Source: Eledone cirrhosa
Taxonomy: Eukaryota
Assembly: GCA_964016885.1 (NCBI GenBank)
Contig: OZ024763.1
Location: forward strand, 20,584,001-20,648,000
DNA: 64,000 nucleotides
Direction: 5' to 3'
Position numbers and translations under genes: made by a program. A model generated the notes under the pieces. That model did no database searches and was not told the DNA's origin. It worked only from the letters and a program-made list of their open reading frames with translations. Shown one piece after another: positions 26,528-44,667 of the stretch; the stretch's first letter is position 1, and the number at the start of each line of letters is the position of its first letter.

Positions 26528-26881
26528 CAGCAGTTGCCAACCAGTGGTCCAAGAGAAAATTTTGGTGGCCCACAGAAAAATTTGGACATTATTTGCAATT
26601 TTTATTAAAACAAAAATAAAATTCAGTGAAAATACATTTTATAACAACCCTAAAAAATGTTTCCCTTCAATAAAGAACTAACATCGATGAAAGAATTTTT
26701 ACACATGCATCATCTATTGACAATATGACACACGTACGCTTCAGTATTGTTTAAATAAAACGGAAGTTCTCATTATTTTACAAATGTATTAATCTTTTTT
26801 CAAAAATTCATACTACTGTTGCACGGGATTTAAAATTATGAATTTAATGGTTTGTGAGGTCTGAAAGGTTGACGACCGTTG
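26528..26881. mobile_element. hAT-like MITE with 8-bp TSD nested in a small TTAA-bounded element
   Basis: CTCTAGGC|CAGCAGTTGCCAACC ... GGTTGACGACCGTTG|CTCTAGGT; an empty-site paralog of the host element lies at 38949-39063. Confidence 0.7.
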
Positions 26882-27089
26882 CTCTAGGTGCCTCATGTCA
26901 CCAACAGAGTAATTTCCCCTTAATTCATGATACAATGTCAAGGGAAGCAATTCATAAAATAACAGCATGCTAAAGATTAATCAATATATAAGATATAAAT
27001 AGATCTCTTCCTAGACAGAATATTCTGATCAATTTGGTATTATAAGTTAGTTAAACCTGAGTTAGACATGACTAAGATTATCAAATGCC

Positions 27090-27458
27090 TTAACCCTTTA
27101 GCATTTAAACCAGCTGTAACTGGCCACACATACTTATGTTATGGTATTGTTCTCAAAATAAATAATATCAAAATCTCATAGATTCAATATTATAAGAGGT
27201 AAAGCCTTTACTCTGAAAATATAATAGTAAATTTAGAGTAATGTAAATGTTAAAGGGTTAAACTGGCTGTATCTGACCAGAATTTTCTCACCTCTTGCAG
27301 TTCAAACTGGCTGTAACCGGCTACTCATACTGATGTTAAGGTATTGTTCTCAAAATAAATAACATCAAAATCTTGTAGATTTGATATTATGTGAGATAAA
27401 GCCTTTACCGTGAAAATACAATAGAAAATATAGAGTAATGTAAATGCTAAAGGGTTAA
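27090..27458. mobile_element. TTAA-MITE dimer
   Basis: Same TIR/TTAA structure as the other copies. Confidence 0.75.
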
Positions 27459-28049
27459 CTTGAATCTCAACAGTTGCTTGAGGATGGCAGGGGATTCTTC
27501 TCTGAAGACCTGCTGTTGTCCAGCTCTCCTGGGAGTTTTTTACTACTAAACAAATCTATATCAAAGAAATGCTATCCACGAACTCAAACCAACACAATCC
27601 ATAAACCTACCATCCACCCTACCCTACCCCTCCACTCCACTCACCAGACCCATATCGTGCACAAGCTAAAAGAAAAACATCAAACATGTCCTTCAAAAAC
27701 GATACCTCAACTCTCCCGGCAAAACAACATGCCATTTGCAGCAATTTCTGTTTTGGGGCTGGGTGACAGTCATCAACAGGCTAAAGCTGTTGTATTAAGT
27801 AGTTTCTATATTACTCTGCGGCGACCACGTCTCTGTTGCATTTATTGGCATATTGCACCCACACACAACCAATGTAAACACCAGAAATATCTCCAAGCAT
27901 ATAGCCTCCACCCCAGCCCAAACAAGCCAAACATGCTATATTGACCAGTGAAATGTCTGCAGCAGATTTGTATACTCAACACCTATCTAGTTATTCTTCT
28001 ATAAATTAATAGGAAAGATTTAATAAGAAAAATAAAATAAAACATTAAG

Positions 28050-28086
28050 CTATATATATATATATATATATACAAATAAATATATA

Positions 28087-28150
<64 letters not shown>

Positions 28151-28619
28151 AATAAATATATATTCATACATATATATATTTATACATATATATATTTATA
28201 CATATATACATGTATATATATATATTTATACATATATACATGTAGTATATATACATATATACATGTAGTATATATACATATATACATGTAGTATATATAT
28301 ATATAGATACATATATACATGTAGTATATATATATATAGATACATATATACATGTAGTATATATATATATATAGATATATACATGTAGTATATATATATA
28401 TAGATACATACATGTAGTATATATATAGATACATATATACATGTAGTATATATATATATAGATACATATATACATGTAGTATATATATATATATATATAC
28501 ATATATACATGTAGTATATATATATATATATACATATATACATGTAGTATATATATATATATATATACATATATACATGTAGTATATATATATATACATG
28601 TAGTATATATATACATGTA

Positions 28620-28660
<41 letters not shown>

Positions 28661-28710
28661 CATATATACATTTATACATATATACAGGTATATATTTATT
28701 TATACATATA
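28050..28710. repeat. (TA)n / TACATGTAGTA compound microsatellite
   Basis: Direct inspection. Confidence 0.9.
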
Positions 28711-28715
28711 TCCAT

Positions 28716-33097
<4,382 letters not shown>

Positions 33098-33207
33098 TTA
33101 AGCTCTGTAACTTACATAGAGCACTCTTTTTTCCTGGACCTTTCCGACGGAATTACTTCACATATATACATTATATATATATTCATATATACATATATAT
33201 ATACCTA

Positions 33208-33270
<63 letters not shown>

Positions 33271-33474
33271 GTACATAAAATTATATATCCACTGCCATAG
33301 AAGAAAACAAGAAAACAAGAAAAACATTAAGACGAAAAAAAAAAAAGAAAATGATGAGGAAAAAGTTTGAAAAGCTATACAAAAAAAAGTATTTTTAAAA
33401 AAACACAAACCTTCACGATAGATATACAACCAAAATACGCCGAAAAGACAACAACAACGACGACAACAACAACA

Positions 33475-34244
33475 AATATATATCTATATCTATATATATA
33501 TCTATATCTATATATCTATATATATATATATATCTATATATATATCTATATATATATATATATATATCTATATATCTATATATACATATATATATATATC
33601 TATATCTATATATATATATATCTATATATCTATATATATATATATATATATATATATCTATATATATATATATATATATATATATCTATATATATATATC
33701 TATATTTATATCTATATCTATATATATATATATCTATATATATATCTATATACATATATATATATCTATATATATATATATATCTATATTTATATATATA
33801 TATATATTTATACACATATATATATATATATGTAGAGGACCTAAAGAATCACAAACAGAAGGAAAAAAAATAGGAGAGATCAAAAGACAGGACAAGAGTT
33901 GAACAATACCCTATCTCTAACATCATCACGTCTTGTATTGTTTGTCAGAGTGTTTCTTATTCTTTGGAAGGGCTGGAAAAAAGTTAAATATTTTGGTAAA
34001 TACAAGAGTTTCTCTCATTTCATCATGGAAGATTCGAAAGGAAATCGTAAATCGAACGACACGGTCACACATTATGCTATACAAAATTTCACCGTCACTC
34101 TGTCTGTTTCTCTTTCTCTACATACATACATACATATATATATACATATAAATATGTATATATATACATATAAATATGTATATATATACATATATGTATA
34201 TATATGTATATATATACATATATGTATATATATATATATATACA

Positions 34245-34294
<50 letters not shown>

Positions 34295-34352
34295 TGTATA
34301 TACATACATATATGTATATATATACATATATGTATATATATATATATATACA

Positions 34353-34400
<48 letters not shown>

Positions 34401-34550
34401 TGTATATACATACATATATGTATATATATATATGTATATATATACATATATGTATATATATATATATATACATATATGTATATATATATATACATATATG
34501 TATATATATATATATATATGTATATATATACATATATGTATATATATACA

Positions 34551-34602
<52 letters not shown>

Positions 34603-34622
34603 CATATATGTATATATATACA

Positions 34623-34680
<58 letters not shown>

Positions 34681-34958
34681 TGTATATATATATATTTGTA
34701 TATATATACATATATATATATACATATATGTATATATATATACATATATGTATATATATATATATGTATATATATACATATATGTATATATATACATATA
34801 TGTATATATATACATATATGTATATATATACATATATGTATATATATACATATATGTATATATATACATATATGTATATATATACATTATATATATATAT
34901 ATACATATATGTATATATATACATATATGTATATATATACATATATGTATATATATAC

Positions 34959-35044
<86 letters not shown>

Positions 35045-35160
35045 CATATATGTATACATATACATATAAATGTGTATACATATACATATAAATATGTATA
35101 CATATACATATAAATATGTATACATATACATATATATATATATATATTATGTACATATAA

Positions 35161-35203
<43 letters not shown>

Positions 35204-35246
35204 TGTATACACATACTCATATATATACATACACACATATATATAT

Positions 35247-35301
<55 letters not shown>

Positions 35302-35305
35302 AATA
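33475..35305. repeat. Long (TA)n / TACATATATGTA microsatellite fields
   Basis: Direct inspection. Confidence 0.95.
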
Positions 35306-35382
35306 CACATGGCTATACAGATATCATCCTATTCTATACTTCTAAATGGAAAATAACATGAAGAAACAATAGATATTCTTAC

Positions 35383-35486
35383 CCTAGATGGGATATTATA
35401 AGACATTCTGCCAACACGGCTTGGGCGCCACGTCTTTCGAACCTTAAGGGTGGGTTTCCTTCGTTTCACATATTTTGGTCCTGAAC
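35383..35486 (-). CDS. ph: polyhomeotic exon (basic, NLS-like: GSGPKYVKRRKPTLKVRKTWRPSRVGRMSYNIPSR)
   Basis: TTCTAAC branch-like motif, TTCTTGTAG acceptor (second in-frame AG 6 nt downstream), AGG|GTAAG donor; phase 1-0 is exactly what is needed to bridge the FCS exon and 24136. Confidence 0.8.
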
Positions 35487-35594
35487 CTACAAGAATAAGT
35501 TAGAAACATTACATACACTAGCAGAAAAACCACCCTCAGGGTAGTTTTCTGCGAGCATATGTAGTGCACATATTGATATTATACACAAATATAC

Positions 35595-36990
35595 TATACA
35601 CTGCAAAGTGGTCGTGGAGGTGCCACGGCAAAAAAGCACTCAGCCCACACTGTAAAGTGGACGTGGAGGTGCCACGGCAAAAAAGCACCCAGCCCACACT
35701 GTAAAGTGGATGTGGAGGTACCACGGCAAAAAAGCACCCAGCCCACACTGTAAAGTGGACGTGCCACTGCAAAAAAGCACCCAACCCACACTGTAAAATG
35801 GACGTGTAGGTGCCACGGCAAAAAAGCACCCAACCCACATTGTAAAGTGGATGTGTAGGCGCCATGGAAAAAAAAATCACCTAGTCCACACTTTAAAGTG
35901 GACGTGTAGGTGTCACGGCAAAAATCACCCAGCCCACACTGTAAAGTGGACGTGGAGGTGCCACTGCAAAAAAGCACCCAACCCACACTGTAAAGTGGAT
36001 GTGTAGGCGCCATGGAAAAAAAAATCACCTAGTCCACACTTTAAAGTGGACGTGTAGGTGCCACGGCAAAAAAGCACCCAGCCCACACTGTAAAGTTGAT
36101 GTGGAGGTACCACGGCAAAAAAGCACCCAGCCCACACTGTAAAGTGGACGTGCCACTGCAAAAAAGCACCCAACCCACACTGTAAAATGGACGTGTAGGT
36201 GCCACGGCAAAAAAGCACCCAGCCCACACTGTAAAGTGGATGTGTAGGCGCCATGGAAAAAAAAATCACCTAGTCCACACTTTAAAGTGGACATGTAGGT
36301 GCCACGGCAAAAAAGCACCCAGCCCACACTGTAAAGTGGACGTGCCACTGCAAAAAAGCACCCAGCCCACACTGTAAAGTGGATGTGGAGGTACCACGGC
36401 AAAAAAGCACCCAGCCCACACTGTAAAGTGGATGTGGAGGTGCCACGGCAAAAAAGCACCCAGCCCACACTGTAAAGTGGATGTGGAGGTACCACGGCAA
36501 AAAAGCACCCAGCCCACACTGTAAAGTGGATGTGGAGGTGCCACGGCAAAAAAGCACCCAGCCCACACTGTAAAGTGGATATGGAGGTGCCACGGCAAAA
36601 AAGCACCCAGCCCACACTGTAAAGTGGATGTGGAGGTGCCACGGCAAAAAAGCACCCAGCCCACACTGTAAAGTGGACGTGCCACTGCAAAAAAGCACCC
36701 AACCCACACTGTAAAATGGACGTGTAGGTGCCACTGCAAAAAAGCACCCAGCCCACACTGTAAAATGGACGTGTAGGCGCCATGGAAAAAAAAAAAATCA
36801 CCCACTGTAAATGAGGTTGTTGTTAGGAAGGGCATCCAGCTATAGAAATCAAGCCAGAGTCAGATCCTGTATGAGCAAGACAAGGTCGGCCGACTGGACA
36901 CTGCACAGAACAGGACAACCCGTCTAACCCATGTTAGCGTGGAAGAACGGACGTAAAACGGTGATGATGATGATGATGATGATGATGATG
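35595..36990 (+). repeat. 49-bp minisatellite expanded inside an RTE-type 3' UTR/SINE tail, with ~241-bp higher-order unit
   Basis: Unit CCCACACTGTAAAGTGGATGTGGAGGTGCCACGGCAAAAAAGCACCCAG; ends in the LINE tail ...GGACGTAAAACGGTGATGATG. Confidence 0.85.
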
Positions 36991-37732
36991 ACGACATACA
37001 CTAACAGAAAAACCACCCTTCAGGTGGTTTCTGCTAGCATATGTAGTGTGCATATTCATATTATACACAAATATATATCCATGTAGATATGATACGTCAA
37101 ATAAAAATTAAATTGAGAATATGCACAGAAATTGAAGAGAGACTGTGTTACACTCTCTTCTGTAATCAGTAAAGTAATCAATGATACATTTAAAAAAGAC
37201 GATATTATATATAAACTGCATTACAGCGAAATGTTATGAAAACGGAAAAGGAGAAAATTAGCGACAGAAATATAAATGTTATGATATAACGATGCAAATA
37301 TATGAACGTTTATATAAGCGATGTGATATAGTGAATGGCAAGTGTTATGATATAACGGACACTAACAGAGAATCTTAAGATAAGCTATACATTACTTAGA
37401 TATAAGAATATTTACGTATAGTCAACAGTTACAAAATTTAGTAGATAAATTACGTAATATTCATTCATGATTTATTCAAAGTAATTCAACAACGTTTTCA
37501 GAAAAAATAAACCTGACACAGTCGTGCAGTCCGCTAAACATTATATTTTATATATATATATATATTAGAATTTAACTTCGACATAACTGTAAACAAATAT
37601 GTTTGTGAATTTTGTATATCTAAAGATATACGGTATGTTTAATAAATAAACATTTTGAAAGCCTCAGCTATGAATAGAAGGCTGACAATCAGGGCCGTCT
37701 AGCGGAGTCCAGCAGAAGCAAGGGGGGATAGC

Positions 37733-37772
37733 TGTCTATGCATTTCGAACTTAGATGGTCCTCATCAGGACA
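37733..37772 (-). ncRNA. Minimal type-I hammerhead ribozyme motif, sense within a polyhomeotic intron
   Basis: Minus strand TGTC-CTGATGA-GGAC-CATCTAA-GTTC-GAAA-TGCA-TA-GACA; palindromic ATGCAT stem III, AUA site. Confidence 0.7.
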
Positions 37773-37925
37773 ATGCTTCCTTCAGTCTACCACTGGAGGC
37801 TAATCAGCCCATTTACATAGGCGAAAGAAATATTTATTTTCGCTTGTCTCAAAATCATAAACAGTGTTTTTCACTAGAAACATAGCACGAAAGGCTTAAC
37901 GATAACAACAGATATAAAGTCCTAC

Positions 37926-37967
37926 CTGAGCACATCCTTTTGTCTACATTCGGAGGGGCAAGCAGAG
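37926..37967 (-). CDS. ph: Putative 42-nt symmetric microexon of polyhomeotic (TLLAPPNVDKRMCS)
   Basis: TGCTTCAG acceptor, CAG|GTAGG donor, phase 1-1, open frame; no homology support. Confidence 0.45.
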
Positions 37968-38089
37968 CTGAAGCACCAAAAAATTACATAAATTACACAA
38001 ATCATAAAAAATCATTGAAAAATATTCCAAATGAAAGATTTTATAGAATTAGCAAGTAAAACAGTTGTACGGACTATATACAAGATATG

Positions 38090-38700
38090 TATATTCTGTA
38101 AAGTGGTTGGTGATAAGAAGGGCGTCCCTCCTGCTATAGAAGACCTTTAGTATACTCTGTAAAGTGGTTGGTGATAAGAAGGGCGTCCCTCCTGCTATAG
38201 AAGACCTTTAGTATACTCTGTAAAGTGGTTGGTGATAAGAAGGGCATCCATCCAGCTGTAGAAACCCTCTAGTACACTCTGTAAAGTGGTTGGTGATAGG
38301 AAGGGCATCCCTCCAGCTGTAGAAGGCCTACCAAACAAAGGGTTAGATTGACCCTTCCGTTGTGCCATAGACATGACAACTTCTCTATAAGTAATGGTCT
38401 ACATGATAAATACACCCAGTACACTCTGAAAAGTGGTTGGTGATAAGAAGGGCATCCCTCCAGCTGTAGACGACCTGCCAAACAAAGGGTTGGATTGACC
38501 CTTCAGTTGTGCCATAGACATGACAACATGCCATAGTTAATGGTCTACATGTTTACATGATAAATGCACCCAGTACACTCTGTAAAGTGGTTGGTGATAG
38601 GAAGGGAAACCATCCAGCTGTAGAACTTCAGTTGTGTCATACACATGACAACCTCCCTATGGTCTTCATAATAAATGTGCCCAGTACACTCTGGAGGGGA
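38090..38700 (+). repeat. Tandem copies of an RTE-type 3' UTR segment
   Basis: Repeated CTCTGTAAAGTGGTTGGTGATAAGAAGGGCATCCCTCCAGCTGTAGA. Confidence 0.75.
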
Positions 38701-39309
38701 GGGTGGCAAGAAATCCATTATAAATATAAATAAACTCAACTTGCCATTCTCAGGTAAGCTGTGGATCAACTGAGCAGTATACCTCTAATAAGCTTTTGGT
38801 TTATTTGAAAACCACTGGATGACCTACAAACCTTGATGGGAAACAGAAACTGTTGGTGTGAAGTTGTGCTTGTTGTCTTGCCCAAGGGCAATATGGCTGG
38901 ATAAAATAGGAAAGCTTTTGTCTTTTTTCCTCAACAGTTTATTACTATTAATCTTTAACACGCTCTAGGCGCCTTATGTCACCAACAGAGTAATCCCCCC
39001 TTAATACATAATGTAGTGTCAAGGGAAGTAATTCATAAAAACATTCAGCATGTTAAAAGTTAATTTTTAATTGGAAGTCGCTCTCCCAAAAAAGGGTCAG
39101 CAAGTAACCAGCAATAGAGCAGACCCTAATAGCAACCAATATTTGTTTGGGGTTACAAAAAAAGAAAAAGAAAGAAAGAACAAAAGAAAGAAAGAGCAAA
39201 ATAAAGAAAATCTAATGAGATACTGTTGTTGAAATCAGCAGAAAGTCCAGAAAAAATTAAGGGTTTTAGCCATTAAGGAAACAGGACGAATGAAAAGAGT
39301 TTCTAGAAG

Positions 39310-39560
39310 AGAGATGTCTGAGGAAAGGAGTGTCCGAGTAAGATGTCTGAGGAAAGAAAGTGTTTGAGTAAGATGTCCGAGGAAAGAAAGTGTCCGAGTA
39401 AGATGTCTGAGGAAAGAAAGTGTTTGAGTAAGATGTCTGAGGAAAGAAAGTGTCCGAGTAATATGTCTGAGGAAAGAAAGTGTCCGACTAAGATGCCTGA
39501 GGAAAGAAAGTGTCCGACTAAGATGTCTGAGGAAAGAAAGTGTCCGAGTAATATGAGGTT
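39310..39560. repeat. 30-bp minisatellite followed by (GAT)n low-complexity tract to ~39860
   Basis: AAGATGTCTGAGGAAAGAAAGTGTCCGAGT x ~8. Confidence 0.9.
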
Positions 39561-40044
39561 CTCTCAAACGCATCCAACTCCGTACCAGCATGGAATGGAG
39601 GAATATTAAGTGATGATGATGATAGTGTCGGTAATGGTGATGATGATAATGATGATGATAGTGGTGATAATAGTGGCAATAATGGTGATAGTGATGATGA
39701 TGGTGATAGTAATGAAGATGGCGATAGTGATGATAATGAAGATGGCGATAGTGATGATGATGATGGTGACGATGGTGGTGGTGGTGGTGGTGACAATATG
39801 TTGATGGTGATGATGATAATGATAATAATGATGGTGATAATGATAATGATGATAATGATGCTGAAACAAATAAATAGATCACTTAACTAAAACAAAAAAA
39901 AAAACACCAAAACAACAACAACAAAACAAACCCCAACAAAAAAATCTAATAAATCTATTATCAAGAAATAAGATGCTTTTTCAACCGAAAAATTCTCCAG
40001 GAAATTTGGTAACTTGGTAGTTTGGTAGATGAGAAAACTCTTAC

Positions 40045-40206
40045 TTTTGGGCTTGGATGGGGTGGCAAGCCTTCTCGTACAGCCAACGTTATAGCGCTTG
40101 GCACATACCATAGAACAAAAGCGTTTGGAACTGCAAAACTTAGACTCCAGGTCGACTTTGCCACAGAATTCGCACTTCAACGTCGAATCTGTTTCTGGTT
40201 GGGGGT
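40045..40206 (-). CDS. ph: polyhomeotic FCS zinc-finger exon
   Basis: TTTTCCAG|AC...AAAA|GTAAGA; DPQPETDSTLKCEFCGKVDLESKFCSSKRFCSMVCAKRYNVGCTRRLATPSKPK; 162 nt, phase 1-1. Confidence 0.92.
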
Positions 40207-40310
40207 CTGGAAAACCAAAAGGAACCGGTAATAAGGGAGCACACAACAAAAGATAAAAAAAGAGAAACAAAATAAGAAGAAAGAACCATACCAGACACAA
40301 AGAGAAAGAA

Positions 40311-40348
<38 letters not shown>

Positions 40349-40576
40349 CATGGATGTACAACAGAAGTTCTCAAACTTTTGGGGCCACCACCCAACCCCC
40401 TCACGACTACGTATTACTCTCAGATCCCCCAACCCTATTTCTAGAGAGATCTGCCTACAAGCATATTGTAAATAATATATAATATATAAATTGAATATTG
40501 GACTTTAAATTTAAAAAGATTTGTTTAAATATTCAATATTCATCTACTCAATACACTCTTTCTTATTGTTCTCTTT

Positions 40577-40802
40577 GAGGGCAGTGTATTAGCAGAATTG
40601 GTAGAGCATCAGACATCACGCTTTGCAGTATAGAGTTATGGCTTTTAATATTCTGAGTTCAAATTCCACCGAAGTTAACTTTGACTTTCATCCTTACAGG
40701 AGTCGATAAAATAAAGTACCAGTAACGCACTGGGGTCGATTTAATTGACCTTTCCCCTTCCCCCAAATTGTTGGCCTTGTGCCTAAACGAGAAACAATTA
40801 TT
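40577..40802 (+). mobile_element. tRNA-derived SINE, second family (other copies 46848-47053 +; 51170-51300, 53763-53935, 54385-54605 -)
   Basis: A box TAGCAGAATTGG, B box GAGTTCAAATTCC, shared CTTTCATCC...GTCGATAAAATAAAGTACCAGT core. The 54385 copy has a 24-bp TSD AGGAGGGAAATAATAAAAAGATAT. Confidence 0.8.
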
Positions 40803-41189
40803 GCTCTCTTTATCAAAATACACTTAAATAACACGTAAGTGCAACTACCGGTCCACAGAAAGATTGTCCAGCATGAAGCCCATCTGTGGTATAAGAAATG
40901 ATGGGGACCACTGATATAATATATACTATGTATATACTATGTATAAATAAATACTATATTTTTTTTATTTGACTATATATGTCAATACTTGATTGGTTTT
41001 CTCGTTGCTTTGGTTCATGTGGCTGGGTTTACCGGTCACTGTTTTCAATTTGTCAAGCTATCTATATGTTATTACTCTAAGGTGACACAGCCTTATTGAG
41101 TGCTTTGCTGCACATTCCTGATTGTATATCGTTAGCTTGGCCACAGCTAAACTTCGATTTTACTAAACTTCCATTTGTATATATATATA

Positions 41190-42124
41190 GCAGAATCAGT
41201 AGAGGAGCTAGAGAATAAATTCTGGCTATGGAAACAGCAGTTGGAAGCAAGAGGACTGAGAGTGAACCTAGCTAAGACAAGAGTAGAAAAGAGGACAAAA
41301 CTCTGATTCCGTCAGGGAAATGGCCATGTTCGATATGCAGAAAAGGAACTGGTATAAATTCTATAAAATGCACACAATGCAGATCCTGGGTACACAAGAG
41401 ATGTAGCAGGATAGCAGGCAAACTAACAGGTAGGGAGAAATACGTATGCAGTAGATGTACAGGGAAATTAGACAGTAGAAGTCGCACTGATAGAGACATT
41501 TTTCAAATGCAGGCGGGTGCTATACAAGTGGTGGATAGCTTCCGGTGCCAAGGAGCTCAGATTAGCATGGGAGAATATGGACGGATTGGAAGAAGTTTAG
41601 GGAGCTGCTTCCTCTGTTGACAAAGAAGGGTTTCTCCCTGCGTACGAAAGGCTGGTTATATGATGCCTGTGTGAGGAGCGCGATGCTGCATGGTAGTGAG
41701 ACATGGGCAGCAACTGCAGAGGATATACGATGGCTGGAGAGAAGTGAGGCAAGCATGCTCCGTTGGATGTGCAATGTCAATGTGCGTGAACGACCCAGCA
41801 TAAATGTGTTGAGAGAGAAACTGTGTCTGAGAGGGATAGAATGTAGTGTACGGGAGAGGAGACTGAGGTGGTATGGACATGTGATGCGCATTGAGGATGA
41901 CCAATGGGTGAAGAAGTGCCAGGAAATGCCAGTTGGAGGAAGACATGGTAGAGGTAGACCACGAAAAACATGGGCGGAGGTGGTGAGAACAGACCTCAGA
42001 TCGCTGAAGCTCATGGTGGAGATGACGAAGGACCATGACAAGTGGAGAGATGCTGTGCTGAATAAGACCCGTCCCACCCTTGCAAGCAGGGAAAAGCGGA
42101 CGTAAAATGATGATGAGGATGATG

Positions 42125-42125
<1 letters not shown>
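41190..42125 (+). mobile_element. 3' fragment of an RTE-like LINE (PHD-finger subfamily)
   Basis: ORF 41617-42105 KGFSLRTKGWLYDACVRSAMLHGSETW...RRLRWYGHVMR...GRPRKTW; GAT tail. Confidence 0.85.
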
Positions 42126-42161
<36 letters not shown>

Positions 42162-42203
42162 ATAAGAAACGGAGAATCAGTGGTGTGACGAATAAGATTT
42201 ATT

Positions 42204-42300
42204 AGACATATTACAATTGTTTCTGTGGCGACCAGCTAGAGGAACGATCGATACAATGATCAAACCTGACTCTAAAATTGCAAGATCCTCAGATATATCT
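42204..42300 (-). ncRNA. Type-I hammerhead motif with extended domain II (homolog of 20182-20274), sense within a polyhomeotic intron
   Basis: Minus strand AGATATAT-CTGAGGA-[62 nt]-GAAAC-AATT-GTA-ATATGTCT-AATAAA; 8-bp stem I. Confidence 0.6.
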
Positions 42301-42875
42301 TGATTTTTATGTGATATTATACTCTGCTCTGTAAGAGCATCGAGTGCTCAAACGGCATACCACTTACGGACGCTTTAAGCATCCCACACCAATTATATAA
42401 TCACAAACTTTCTGCCTTGACCACTGGCCACCTGACGATTCTTAGCCATTTTGAATTCGTTTCTGGCAGAGATCTTGTAAGAAAAATCTTTGTCCAATTG
42501 AGTTTATCTCCTGATGATTTCCAATCTCGTTGATTTATCCAAGATCGAATATATCCAAAAATGGAATGAAACTGCCGGTAGTAGAGATATTTTGATGATT
42601 TTGGTATGATAATGTACATTTTTTCTTCTAACTTTAATTTTGTACCTAATTATGTATGGTTAACAATATGTCTAGTCAATTTCTACAGGCTATCAGAAAT
42701 ACTGGATAAATTTTCTGTAGCTGTAAGTCGCAGATAAGCTATATCATTTACCTATTATTTCTTCATAAGTATATTTTAAACTTATAGCCTCGTTTAAATG
42801 ATTTTTTGTGTGGTTGATTTATGCTGATTGGAAGAAGAAATACTGTATATATTTTATCTAATGATTCTATGGCCT

Positions 42876-42911
<36 letters not shown>

Positions 42912-43597
42912 TGTATATTTATATATAATATGTATTATTTGATATTTAATATACTATTATATCTCTACCACCCACCACCACCACCTTAGGCCTCAGTGCC
43001 CTCTGGACCTTCTCCATACCCCCTGGGGGAGCGGTAACGCCCACTTTGAGAACTTTTGATGTAGATAATGATTTGTTCTCCTTACTGAGTAGGTCAATAT
43101 TGCTCTTGGGTCCCAAATAATAGGGGGTAGTGGAATAACTGAGGTAGTGAGGTGGGGCAAATCAGTAATATTTCTAGGTTGTCTCCGTTGATATTTTAAA
43201 AAACCAGACTTATACGTTTAGTTTACATATTGAGACCCCCACCCCCAATTCAACTCATCCTATTTATTATATAACATATGGGATTTCTAGTAATGTACCT
43301 TTTTTTTGGTCATGGACCTTCTCAATGCACCCCGGGGTCTCAATATGTAAACTAATTTGAGAACGTCTGATGTACAACAACATAGATAGCAGAACCAGCA
43401 GAACTAACAACAACAGCAACAACAGAAGAAGAAGCAGCAATGAATATTGAAAAAGTTGTAGCTTCTACAAGGAATATAATGATCAACCAATGAAACACAA
43501 ATAAACCCACAAAAATAGAGACAACCAGAACTAGCAACAACAACAACAACAACAGCAGCAGCAGAAGTAATAACTATTGAAGTAGTAGTAGCTTCCA

Positions 43598-44509
43598 TAA
43601 CCCTTTAGCATTTAAACCAGCCATATCTGGCCAGAATTCTCTCACCACTTTCTGTTCAAACCAGCTGTAACTGGCCACTCATACTAATGTTAAGGTATTG
43701 TTCTTAAAATAAATAATATCAAAATTTCATAAATTCGATATTATGTGAAATAAAGCCTTTACCTTGAAAATACAATAGTATATATAGAGTAATGTAAATA
43801 CTAGAGGGTTAAACCGGCCATATCAAGCCAGAATTCTCTCACCTCTTTCTGTTCAAACTGGCTGTAACTAGTCACTTATACTTATGTTAAGGTATTATTC
43901 TCAACCTAAATAACATCAAAATCTCGTAGATTTGATATTATGTGAGATAAAGCCATTACTATGAAAATACAATAGTATATATAGAGTAATGTAAATGTTG
44001 TGAGATATTATGTGAGATAAAGCCTTTACTGTGAAAATACAATAGTATATATAGAGTAATGTAAATGTTATGTGAGATATTATGTGAGATAAAGCCATTA
44101 CTATGAAAATACAATAGTATATATAGAGTAATGTAAATGTTGTGAGATATTATGTGAGATAAAGCCTTTACTGTGAAAATACAATAGTATATATAGAGTA
44201 ATGTAAATGTTATGCGAGATATTATGTGAGGTAAAGTCTTTACTGTGAAAATACAATAGTATATATAGAGTAATGTAAATGTTATGTGAGATATTATGTG
44301 AGGTAAAGTCTTTACTGTGAAAATACAATAGTATATATAGAGTAATGTAAATGATATGTGAGATAGTATGTGAGGTAAAGCCTTTACTGTGAAAATACAA
44401 TAGTATATATAGAGTAATGTAAATGTTATGTGAGATATTATGTGAGGTAAAGTCTTTACTGTGAAAATACAATAGTATATATAGAGTAATGTAAATAGTA
44501 AAGGGTTAA
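43598..44509. mobile_element. TTAA-MITE dimer with an internal ~62-bp tandem expansion
   Basis: TTATGTGAGATAAAGCCTTTACTGTGAAAATACAATAGTATATATAGAGTAATGTAAATGTTATGTGAGATA repeated ~9 times before the right TIR. Confidence 0.8.
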
Positions 44510-44667
44510 AGAATATAATGGTCAGCCTTTAAAATACATAAACCCATCGATATAAAGACAACCATAACTAACAACAACAACAACAACAAAAATAGCAGCA
44601 GAAGTAATAACTATTGAAGCAGTAGAAGTAGTACTAGTTTCTATAAGGAATATGATAGTCGGCCAAG

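Larger units (their letters stand above)
40362..43369. mobile_element. hAT-like non-autonomous element carrying nested insertions
   Basis: ATGTACAA|CAGAAGTTCTCAAA ... TTTGAGAACGTCTG|ATGTACAA (8-bp TSD); a second right-end-like copy at ~43046. Confidence 0.55.

Noticed and set aside
27470-27790. Possible additional polyhomeotic exons (AG...GT-bounded open stretches)
   Set aside because: Weak splice signals and no homology; the flanking exons already join in frame.
39235-39882. His-rich 215-aa ORF
   Set aside because: Translation of (GAT)n and a 30-bp minisatellite.
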